From: Candidatus Eiseniibacteriota bacterium
Lineage (GTDB): Bacteria > Eisenbacteria > RBG-16-71-46 > SZUA-252
Reading direction: 5' to 3'
Assembly (NCBI GenBank): GCA_963703225.1
Contig: OY969801.1
Span: 544,001-608,000 of the forward strand
DNA: 64,000 nt
In this document: positions 53,957-62,202 of the stretch, piece after piece
Numbering within the stretch: position 1 is the stretch's first letter
Layout: each line of letters opens with the position of its first letter
Translations under genes and position numbers: made by a program
The notes under the pieces: model-generated
Database searches by the model: none
The model's input: only the letters and a program-made list of their open reading frames with translations
What the model was told of the DNA's origin: nothing

Positions 53957-56430
53957 AGCTGAACGCCCGCGCCATGACGCCCCGCCGATTCCAGCTCCGC
54001 GTCCCGGCCGAGGAGCGCCGCCTGGCCGAGATCCGCGACTTCGTGCAGGAAGTCGGCGAAAAGCTGATGATCCCGCAAAAAGTTCTCGCGAACACCAAGC
54101 TCGCCGTCGACGAGGCGTGCACGAACATCATCAAGCACGGCTACAGGGGAGAGGTCGGCGAAATCGAGATCGTCGTGACGGGGAACGGCCGCGACTTCTC
54201 GATCGCGATCAAGGACTACGGCAAGAGCTTCGACCTCCGGAACGTCGCGAGCCCCGATCTCAAGATGTACGTCGAGACACGGAGGCGGGGCGGGCTGGGC
54301 GTCTTTCTCATGAACCAGCTCATGGACGAGGTGCGCTACCGGGCAGGCCACGACGGGAACGTCCTCACCATGTCCAAGCATCTGAACCGCGCCAGGCGCC
54401 GGCGCCGCGGCAAGGAGCCCCGCCGCACGCTCCGATTCGCGTACACGGTTCAGGCGTTCGGCGCCATCACGATCCTCGTCGCCGTCGCGTTCGGCGCGAT
54501 CCATTTGCGCCAGCGACACGGGCTGGAGCTGGAGGTGCTCGACCAGGCGAAGGATGCGGCCGCGAGCCTCGCCGGGTCGGGGCTCGACGTCCTCACGCGC
54601 CACGAGCCGATGTCGGTCGAGCAGACGCTCCTGAACCAGTCGATCCGCGCGCTCTTGAAGTCGCACCCCGAATACGCGGCGGCTCGCGTCGTGGACGCGA
54701 ACGGGCGAGTCTGGGGCTCGGACCGCTTCGAGGAGCTGTTCACCTCCCGAACCCTCCCCCCAGGCGCGAGGGCCGTCACAGCGGGCACCGGCCCGGGCGG
54801 AAAGCCGGGCCCGCCGGCGACCGTCGTCGAGCCCAGGAACGGGCAGTCGCGCGAGCTTTCCTATCCGATCGTGGTGCCGTCGCCCAACGCGACAGCCCGC
54901 GCGATCGGCTGGGTGCAGATCGTGGTGCGCGAGTCGGCGATCGGGGAGCGGATTGTCGCGTCGGGCATCGAGCTGGCGACGATCGCGCTCTTCACGCTCC
55001 TCCTCGGCTGTGTCCTCTCGGCGATCCTGATCGCGATCTTCGTCCAGCCGATCCAGGCGCTCTCGGACAGCGTGCGGGCCATCGGGGAGGGAACGATGGT
55101 GGCCGACATCGGCACCTCGGGGAACGACGAGATCGACGACATCGCGAGGGCGTTCAACGAGGTGACCGCCAAGTTCCGCGCCGCGCAGGGGCACCTGGTG
55201 GAGCAGGAGCGACTCCAGCAGGAAATGCAGGTGGCGCAGGAAATCCAGCAGATGCTCCTCCCGCGAAACGTCCCGGAGCTGGAGGGCTTCGATTTGGGAT
55301 CGCTCTATCGCGCGGCCAAGGAGGTGGGAGGGGATTACTACGACTTCCTGCCGGTGGACGACCGGACGGTCGGCGTCGTGGTGGCCGACGTGTCCGGGAA
55401 GGGCGTCCCCGGCTCTCTGGTCATGACGATGATCCGCACCGCGCTTCGCATGGAGGCGCGCGGGAACCGCTCGGCGTCGGACGTGATGGCCAAGATGAAC
55501 GCCTTCGTCACCGAGGATATGAAGAAGGGGATGTTCGTGACCATGTTCTACGTCGTGCTCGACTCCGTGAACCGCGTGGTCAGCTACGCGAGCGCGGGGC
55601 ACAACCCGATGATTCTCTATCGAGGCGAGTCGGACACCACCTACTTCCTGAAGCCGAAGGGGATCCCGGTGGGGATCAACGTGCCCGACGAGGAGCTCTT
55701 CCGAAAGACGATCAGCGTCGAAAAGCTGACGCTTCGCCAGGACGACATGCTCGTCATCTACACCGACGGCATCACGGAGGCGATGAACAACGAGCGGGAC
55801 CAGTTTGGGGAGGGGCGACTCCTCGCCGCCATCAAACGATACGGACACATGTCGGCCCAGGAATTCGCCGACGCGCTGAACCAGGAGATCCACGAGTTCA
55901 CGGGTGGCGCGCCGCAAAACGACGACATCACGCTCGTGGCGATCAAGGAGAAGGTGCCCGTCGAGGAGCGGCTCGAGGCCAACCGCCGCGAGCTCTTCCG
56001 GCTCATCGAGGTGGAGGGACTCCCCATCACCGAGGCGTGCGAACGGCTCAAGATCGCCCCCTCCACCTACCAGCGCTACAGGCGCCGGGTGGCGACCATG
56101 GGGGCTGACGCCGGGCTAAAGCCGACCCGGCCGCAGGCTCCTATGGCTCGCGCGAGCCTCGAAGAGGAGGCCGCGATCTTGGAAATTGTCCACGCCGAGC
56201 CGACCCTCGGCGCCAAAAGGGTCTGGGAATTGATGAAGGCCGCAAATCGCTGCCGCCCAGACCTTTCCGTGAGGGCTGTCTATGAGACCCTACGCCGAAA
56301 GCGGCTCAACACGAGGGAAAAAAGGCTCGAGTTCAGTCAAGGCGGGACCGATAAACGGATGGCGAGGCTCGCCCGGGCGCTGTCGGAGGTCGCCCCGTCC
56401 ACCCCGAACGAGCAAGGAGGGGAAGCATGA
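53953..56430 (+). CDS. Membrane sensor: RsbW-type HATPase + 2TM periplasmic domain + HAMP + SpoIIE/PP2C phosphatase + C-terminal HTH
   Basis: HATPase: LAVDEACTNIIKHGY, DYGKSFD, GGLGVFLMNQLMD. HAMP: PIQALS...DEIDDIARAFN. PP2C: VGGDYYD, ADVSGKG, SAGHNP, YTDGITEA, DDITL. Then an HTH tail. Confidence 0.9.
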   Translation: MKLNARAMTPRRFQLRVPAEERRLAEIRDFVQEVGEKLMIPQKVLANTKLAVDEACTNIIKHGYRGEVGEIEIVVTGNGRDFSIAIKDYGKSFDLRNVASPDLKMYVETRRRGGLGVFLMNQLMDEVRYRAGHDGNVLTMSKHLNRARRRRRGKEPRRTLRFAYTVQAFGAITILVAVAFGAIHLRQRHGLELEVLDQAKDAAASLAGSGLDVLTRHEPMSVEQTLLNQSIRALLKSHPEYAAARVVDANGRVWGSDRFEELFTSRTLPPGARAVTAGTGPGGKPGPPATVVEPRNGQSRELSYPIVVPSPNATARAIGWVQIVVRESAIGERIVASGIELATIALFTLLLGCVLSAILIAIFVQPIQALSDSVRAIGEGTMVADIGTSGNDEIDDIARAFNEVTAKFRAAQGHLVEQERLQQEMQVAQEIQQMLLPRNVPELEGFDLGSLYRAAKEVGGDYYDFLPVDDRTVGVVVADVSGKGVPGSLVMTMIRTALRMEARGNRSASDVMAKMNAFVTEDMKKGMFVTMFYVVLDSVNRVVSYASAGHNPMILYRGESDTTYFLKPKGIPVGINVPDEELFRKTISVEKLTLRQDDMLVIYTDGITEAMNNERDQFGEGRLLAAIKRYGHMSAQEFADALNQEIHEFTGGAPQNDDITLVAIKEKVPVEERLEANRRELFRLIEVEGLPITEACERLKIAPSTYQRYRRRVATMGADAGLKPTRPQAPMARASLEEEAAILEIVHAEPTLGAKRVWELMKAANRCRPDLSVRAVYETLRRKRLNTREKRLEFSQGGTDKRMARLARALSEVAPSTPNEQGGEA

Positions 56431-57090
56431 AGGGAATCGACGTTTACGTCGAGGAAGCGGTCCAGAACCGAGGGGTCTCGGTCCTGCGGGTGTCGGGGTA
56501 CGTCGATACGACGACGAGCCCGGACCTCGAGCGCAGGCTCCAAGCCCTCCTGCGGGAAAATCGCTTTCACATCGTGGTGGACCTCTCCGGGGTCGAATAC
56601 ATCTCGAGCGCCGGCTGGGGGATCTTCATCAGCGAGATCCGCGAGATCCGCGAGCAGGGCGGCGATCTCAAGCTCGCCGGCATGATCCCCGACGTTCGCG
56701 AGGTCTTCGACCTGCTCGAATTCGAGAATATCTTGAAGTCCTATCCCGACACCGAGATGGCGGTCGGGTCGTTCGGCGCGGTCGCGGCGGCTCCCCCCTC
56801 CTCGTCCACGGGCGGAGCGTCGGGTTCCGGATCGAGTCACTCCAAGCGAGCCTCCGGCGGCTCATCGGACCGAGACCGTTCTCTCCGACGAGGACCTGAT
56901 CCGCGAGATCGCGCGCCAGCATCCCGAGTACGGTCTGATGCGAATCCAGAAAGAGCTTCGCAAGCCCGAGCGCGGCGGCCGCGACCTGAATCCGGTCCAG
57001 ATCTACGTGCTCCTGCGAAAGCTCGACCTCGACACGCGCGAGCGCCGCGCGGCCCTCGCCAAGGAAAGCCAGCCCAGCAAGCAGCGCTGA
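56427..57090 (+). CDS. STAS anti-sigma-antagonist (RsbV-like) with C-terminal HTH-like domain (frameshifted at C-run 56793-98)
   Basis: VVDLSGVEYISSAGWG...GGDLKL...VFDLL. The +1 frame gives EDLIREIARQHPEYGLMRIQKELRK...VQIYVLLRKLDLDTRERR* ending 57090. Confidence 0.8.
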
Positions 57091-57101
57091 ATCAAAACCG
57101 C

Positions 57102-57130
57102 TTGACCGCGGGGGGTCGCGTGCCTATCGT
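57102..57130 (+). promoter_or_regulatory. Putative sigma70 promoter of the vWA gene
   Basis: TTGACC-N17-TATCGT. Confidence 0.4.
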
Positions 57131-57236
57131 TTGACGCACGGCCCCCCGCGATGCTTTCTCCGCCTTCCTCCAGTCGATTCGCCCCGAGTGAACGGAACAT
57201 GAGGCCAGTGATCGTGACCCTGGGAGAATTGCGGCC

Positions 57237-59405
57237 GTGAAGATCGAGATCGAGGCGGTACCGCAGGCGCTGGCGATCATCCTGATCGCCGCGGCCATCG
57301 GGGTCGGGCTCTGGGCCTACCTGACCCGCTACCCCGCGCTCGCGCCGCGGCGCCGCTCGATCCTCCTCACCGCGCGCCTGCTCGCGCTCGCCGCGCTCCT
57401 GCTCGCCTCGCTCGCCCCGGTCATTCGTTATCCCGAAACGTCCCGCGCGCGAAACCGGTTGCTGATCCTGGTGGATCATTCGGGGAGCATGCAGGTCCGC
57501 GACGCCGCGCGGGGGCAGAGCCGGAGCGACGCGGCCGACAGTGCCGCCGCCGCGGTGGCGGCCTCGCTGGGAGGGCGCTACGACGTTCGCGTGGCAGCCT
57601 TCGACGCCGCGCTGGGCCCCTTTGGGAAGGATGCCAGGCGGTCGGTCGAAGCGTTTGCGGGCGGAGGAGAGACGGCATTGGGAGACGCCGTTCGCGCCGC
57701 GCTGACCCGCCTCGATCCCGATTCGGTGGCGGCGCTCTTGGTCCTGAGCGATGGGGGCGTGAATCGGGGCGAAGACCCCGAGCGGGCCCTGGGGGCGGCG
57801 CTTCCCGCCTTCGGTCTCACCGTCGGGAGCTCCGAAGATCCCCCGACGGTCGGCATCGCCGGGGTCGACATGCCTTCGGAGGTCATCGTCGGGAGGGCGA
57901 CCCCGCTGACGGTCACGGTGCACGAGGGAGGACGGGCCTCCGCGCGGGGCATCGTCCGCGTTAGCGAGGAAGGGCGAGAGCTGGGCCGCACGCCGTTTTC
58001 GCTCTCTGGCCCCGGCGCCTCGGCGCGCGTCACGATCCCGATCTCGATCGCGGAGCGCGGCAAGCGGTTTCTCACCGTCGAGCTCCTCGAGGTCGTCGGC
58101 GATCCGATGAAGGAGAACAAGCGGCGGCTCGTGGCGGTCGAGGCGCGCCCGGCGCGTCGCTCGGTCCCCCTCCTCGCCACCTCCTGGGATTGGGATCTGC
58201 GCTCGCTGGTTCGGGGCGTGGAGGAGGACACCACCTGGGGAGTCGTGCGACTGACCCCGGCGGGCGCGTCGCAGGTGACGCGATTCGCGGATGGGACGGA
58301 GCCCTTCGAGGATTATCTCCAAGATGCCGAGGCGGTGGTGGTGCGGTACGAGGCCGCCACCGCGACCCCGGAGCGCGCGGCTTCGTTGCTGCGCTACCTC
58401 GAGCGCGGCGGCGGGGTGCTCCTCTGGGTCGACCCTCGTCTCAGGCCTCCGCCCGATTCTCCGCTGACCCAGGCGCTCCACCTCGCGTGGCGAAATTGGG
58501 GAGAGCCGCTCGGCCCCATCGCCTCCGCGGAAATGGCTCCCGCGGGGCGCACCCATGAAATCGCGCTCCTCGATGGGGACGCGGCCAGCGCCGCTGCGAC
58601 TTGGAAGGAGCTCCCGCCGGTCGAGCCTCTCACCGCCGTCGACCCGACCGGTGGCCCGCTCCGGCCGATCCTCGTGGGCCGTGTCTCCAACGGAACGGTG
58701 CCCCTTCTCCTCGCCGGGTCGGTTGGAAAGGGGCGCGTCGCGCTCCTCAACGCGTCGGGGGTCTACCGGTGGGGTCTCACCGCCTCGGGGATCGCGGGGC
58801 GCGCGGGAATCGAGGCGGCGTTCTTCGGAGGGATCTGCCGATGGCTGGCCGGTGGTGCGGCGGAGCGGGTGGTTCGCATCGACGCTCCCGAAATCACCCC
58901 CGAGGGGAGGCCGATCCCGGTTCGCGTGACCGCGAGCCTGGGCGCCCGCGGTGCCGCGGGTGTCGTGGCGCGCGTCTTCGCGCGCCGAGCGGGCGGGACC
59001 GCGCCCGCGGGAGGGGGCGAAGCGGCTCTGACGCGGGCGGCCGGGGGTGAATTCTCCGGCTCCATCCCGCTCGCGCCCGGGACCTATGTCCTGCGCGGCG
59101 CGGTCGAGGTAGGGGGCCGTCTGCTCGGCGCGGACAGCATCCGGGTCGCGGTGGGCGTCCAGGGACTGGAGTACGAGACGCTCGCCGCGGAGCCGGCGAC
59201 GCTGCGCCGGCTGGCTTTCGGATCGGGCGGCACGGCCGCGGCTTTGGACAGCGCCGACGTGGTGATCGAGAAGCTCCGCTCCCCCGATCTCGTTCGGGTG
59301 CGTCTCGCGGAGATCGATCTCTTCCACAACCCGCTCCTCTTCGCGGTCCTGATCGCGGCGCTCGCTTTGGAATGGGCGCTCCGGAGGAAATTCCATCTGA
59401 TGTAG
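57237..59405 (+). CDS. Membrane-anchored vWA-domain protein with Ig-like and GATase-like regions
   Basis: Two N-terminal TMs, MIDAS-like LVDHSGSM, ETALG, LVLSDG, and C-terminal TM ending EWALRR. Confidence 0.8.
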   Translation: MKIEIEAVPQALAIILIAAAIGVGLWAYLTRYPALAPRRRSILLTARLLALAALLLASLAPVIRYPETSRARNRLLILVDHSGSMQVRDAARGQSRSDAADSAAAAVAASLGGRYDVRVAAFDAALGPFGKDARRSVEAFAGGGETALGDAVRAALTRLDPDSVAALLVLSDGGVNRGEDPERALGAALPAFGLTVGSSEDPPTVGIAGVDMPSEVIVGRATPLTVTVHEGGRASARGIVRVSEEGRELGRTPFSLSGPGASARVTIPISIAERGKRFLTVELLEVVGDPMKENKRRLVAVEARPARRSVPLLATSWDWDLRSLVRGVEEDTTWGVVRLTPAGASQVTRFADGTEPFEDYLQDAEAVVVRYEAATATPERAASLLRYLERGGGVLLWVDPRLRPPPDSPLTQALHLAWRNWGEPLGPIASAEMAPAGRTHEIALLDGDAASAAATWKELPPVEPLTAVDPTGGPLRPILVGRVSNGTVPLLLAGSVGKGRVALLNASGVYRWGLTASGIAGRAGIEAAFFGGICRWLAGGAAERVVRIDAPEITPEGRPIPVRVTASLGARGAAGVVARVFARRAGGTAPAGGGEAALTRAAGGEFSGSIPLAPGTYVLRGAVEVGGRLLGADSIRVAVGVQGLEYETLAAEPATLRRLAFGSGGTAAALDSADVVIEKLRSPDLVRVRLAEIDLFHNPLLFAVLIAALALEWALRRKFHLM

Positions 59406-59490
59406 CCACGCCCCGAATCCCTGTCGGGCCCGCCTCGACTGGCCCGTAGCAAAGCCCCGACTCGCCGCCCCGGATCAATCTCTCCTCGCC

Positions 59491-59510
59491 TCCTTCTGAC
59501 GTCAGGAGGA
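59491..59510 (+). promoter_or_regulatory. 20-bp near-palindrome covering the SD of the next gene
   Basis: TCCTTCTGAC/GTCAGGAGGA (one G-U pair in RNA). ATG at 59518. Confidence 0.45.
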
Positions 59511-59517
59511 TCAGGAA

Positions 59518-61317
59518 ATGTCACCCTCGATTGGCCGCACCCGCCGTGGACTCACGCTCGCGCCGCCGCCCGCGTTCGCGGTCGCATGCATGCTCTGCCT
59601 CCCAGGGCCCGTCTCCCCCTTCGGCTCGACTGCTCGCGCGGATCTTCTGCTCAACGAGGTTCTCTACGATCCGGTCGGCGCCGATCTGGACCGCGAGTTC
59701 GTGGAGATCTGGAATCCCGATTCGATACCGGTACCGCTCGACGATGTGGCGCTGGAAGGAGGCGACGGCGCGCGCCCCGGCGTCTGGGAGGCGATCTGGA
59801 GGGGCCCCGCCGGAGGCGTTGCCCCTCCGGGAGGCGCCGTGCTCGTGGCGGGCAACGCACTCCTCGGCGCGCTCCAAAATGGGCCGGACGCGCTGCGGCT
59901 GACACGCGCCGGCGCCGTCCTCGATCTCCTCGGCTACGGCGACCTCGAGAGCGCCGCGCTCTATGAAGGATCGCCCGCCCCCGATGTCGCCTCTGGCCAG
60001 AGCCTCGCCCGCATTCGCGACGGCATCGACACGGGCGTCAACCGCGACGATTGGGCGGCGGACGGCGAACCGACGCCGGGCTTGGCGAATCATCCCGATC
60101 TTCGGCTCTCGCTCTCGAGGTCGAGCGCGGTGGCGTCGCCGGAGGTAGCGTGGCCGGGCGATCCGGTTGCGCTCCGGGTCTGGGCACGCAATTCGGGGCG
60201 ACTCGCGGTCGACAAGGAACGCTGGGCGGTCCAAGCCGAGATCGCCGCCATCCCATCGAGCGGCGAGTCTGACTCGAGCGCCGAGTGGAGCGCGGTCGCT
60301 TCCACAGACGGCGTATCGATCGCTCCGAACGAGAGCGCGCTCGTGTCGCTCGAGTTCCCGACGCCCGCGCCGGGCGCGTGGCTGGCTCGCGCGCGGATCA
60401 GGGATCTGCCGGGATGGTCCGGAGCCGCTGGGGAGGCGGCCCTCGCCGACACCCTCGAGGCACCGTTTCGCTCGATCGCGGGCCCGGCGGTGTTGAGCGA
60501 GATCGCGTTTCGGGACGCCGGTGCCGGGGAGTGGGTCGAGATCTGGTTTCGCGGCGCGGTCGACGATGTCGGCAGGCTCGCGATCGCGGATGCCGTCGCG
60601 GAGCCGAGACCGATCGATTCGGGCGGGACGCCTCGCCGAGTGGAGGCGGGCACGACGCTCGTGGTCGCGCAGGATCCGCCCCTCGTGCGGGCGAGGTTCG
60701 GCCTCGCCGACTCCGTCGTGCTGGGCCTCGCGGGCGGCTGGCCCCCCTTGAACGACACGGGAGCCGAGGCGGGCCCCGCGGATCGCATCCGACTGGTTGG
60801 CGCGGGCGGGGTGCCCTGCGACGCCGTTCCCTACTGGGCCACCTCATCGGTCCGCGGCGGGAGCCTGGAGCGGCTATCCGTGGACCTCCCGAGCGCGGCG
60901 GCGGGAACATGGGTCGAGACGATCGACCCCCGGGGCGGAACGCCCGGCCGCGAGAACTCGATGCACGCGCCGGCCTCGACCACGGCCGCGCGCGGGCCGC
61001 TCCTCGTCGCGGGTTCGCGCGTCCTGCGTCGTCGAGACGGGGGAGCGGTGCCGGTGGTTCTTCGAGCGACCGCGTCGGCGCGAGGGCGACGGCTCACCGT
61101 GCGCGTCCACGATCTGCTGGGGCGCCCGCTGCGGACCCTGGTCGAGGGCCAGCGATTCGCGTCGGAGGGGGCCTTCGTCTGGGATGGCCGCGATGACCGC
61201 GGCGCGCCGGTGCCGCCGGGGATCTACGTGATCCGCGCCGAGGCGCTGCCCGAGGAGAATGCGGGAGCGCGGGCTTCAAGCGTCACGATGGCGGTCGCGG
61301 CGGAGCGTCCGAAATGA
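59518..61317 (+). CDS. Secreted lamin-tail-domain protein with C-terminal FlgD-Ig-like domain
   Basis: LTD signatures LLNEVLYDP...EFVEIWN...PTPG..N and LSEIAF...EWVEI...GGTPGREN. C-terminus VHDLLGRPLRTL...WDGRDDRG...PGIYVI. Confidence 0.78.
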   Translation: MSPSIGRTRRGLTLAPPPAFAVACMLCLPGPVSPFGSTARADLLLNEVLYDPVGADLDREFVEIWNPDSIPVPLDDVALEGGDGARPGVWEAIWRGPAGGVAPPGGAVLVAGNALLGALQNGPDALRLTRAGAVLDLLGYGDLESAALYEGSPAPDVASGQSLARIRDGIDTGVNRDDWAADGEPTPGLANHPDLRLSLSRSSAVASPEVAWPGDPVALRVWARNSGRLAVDKERWAVQAEIAAIPSSGESDSSAEWSAVASTDGVSIAPNESALVSLEFPTPAPGAWLARARIRDLPGWSGAAGEAALADTLEAPFRSIAGPAVLSEIAFRDAGAGEWVEIWFRGAVDDVGRLAIADAVAEPRPIDSGGTPRRVEAGTTLVVAQDPPLVRARFGLADSVVLGLAGGWPPLNDTGAEAGPADRIRLVGAGGVPCDAVPYWATSSVRGGSLERLSVDLPSAAAGTWVETIDPRGGTPGRENSMHAPASTTAARGPLLVAGSRVLRRRDGGAVPVVLRATASARGRRLTVRVHDLLGRPLRTLVEGQRFASEGAFVWDGRDDRGAPVPPGIYVIRAEALPEENAGARASSVTMAVAAERPK

Positions 61318-62198
61318 GGCGCCCCAGTCGAGCGCTATGGTTCGCGGAATTGGGACCCCGGGGGGTGCGTGTCCGAGGTGTCGCGGTGGGCGTGGTGGTG
61401 GCGATGGGGGCGTCCGGCGTGGCGGGTACGGCGTGGGGGGCGTTTGAGGTGCGCGACGCGTCGCCCGCGGCGCTGGGGGCGGTGTCGATGGATCTGGATG
61501 TCGAGGCGATGGGGGATGCGGGCGCGCTCGAGGGCCGCGGGCTCCAATTCGGCGCGAGCCATGCCGCGTTCTATCAGGCCGAGGGGCTCGCCGCCGATCA
61601 AGTTTGGCTCGGCGTGGGGGGCCGCCGCGCTTCGGCTTGCGTATCCGGTACGCAGGTCGGCTTCCCGGGCGCGAGGGAGACCAGAGTACGCGTCGCGGTC
61701 CAAGAGGGCGGCGGAAGACGGATCGCGCTGGCGATGGAGATCGAGCGGCTCGAGCTCGCGCTGGAAGGCGAGCCCAGCCTAGGGGGCTGGGCGGTCGGCG
61801 GGGGCACGCGGGCGCTGATCGAATTCCCGCACCTCGACCTCGAGATCGCGATCGCGGCGGACCGCCTGTTTCGGTTGGGCGATCTCGAAAGGCTCAACGT
61901 TGGCCCATCGGTGCCGCTATCGATCCGGCTTCGCTCGGGGCCCGCCTCCGCTGCCTGGGTCGACCGGTGGGAAGCGGACGGCCGGCGAAGCCCGCGCGTG
62001 GTCCTCGACTTCGTGTTGGCGGGGAGCGCGTCGGTCCGACTGGGCCGCGGCGAGAAGCCGGACAGGATCGGCCTCGCCATCGCGATTCGATGGCGTCGAG
62101 TCGAGGTTTCGGCGGGGCGCCTCGACCCCGTCTCGGGCGGTGTCGTCAGCGCGGTTTCGCTCTCGCTCCTCCCTCCCCTCGCATCCGGGGGGCACTAA
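61314..62198 (+). CDS. Hypothetical exported protein, probable beta-barrel (degenerate PorV-like)
   Basis: Signal then AFE...SPAALG, followed by alternating amphipathic strands. ATGA overlap with the LTD gene. Confidence 0.5.
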   Translation: MRRPSRALWFAELGPRGVRVRGVAVGVVVAMGASGVAGTAWGAFEVRDASPAALGAVSMDLDVEAMGDAGALEGRGLQFGASHAAFYQAEGLAADQVWLGVGGRRASACVSGTQVGFPGARETRVRVAVQEGGGRRIALAMEIERLELALEGEPSLGGWAVGGGTRALIEFPHLDLEIAIAADRLFRLGDLERLNVGPSVPLSIRLRSGPASAAWVDRWEADGRRSPRVVLDFVLAGSASVRLGRGEKPDRIGLAIAIRWRRVEVSAGRLDPVSGGVVSAVSLSLLPPLASGGH

Positions 62199-62202
62199 TG
62201 CG

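Noticed and set aside
55981..56430. Active IS481 insertion
   Set aside because: No DDE domain, inverted repeats or target duplication. The HTH is in frame and the ATGA coupling to the next gene is intact.
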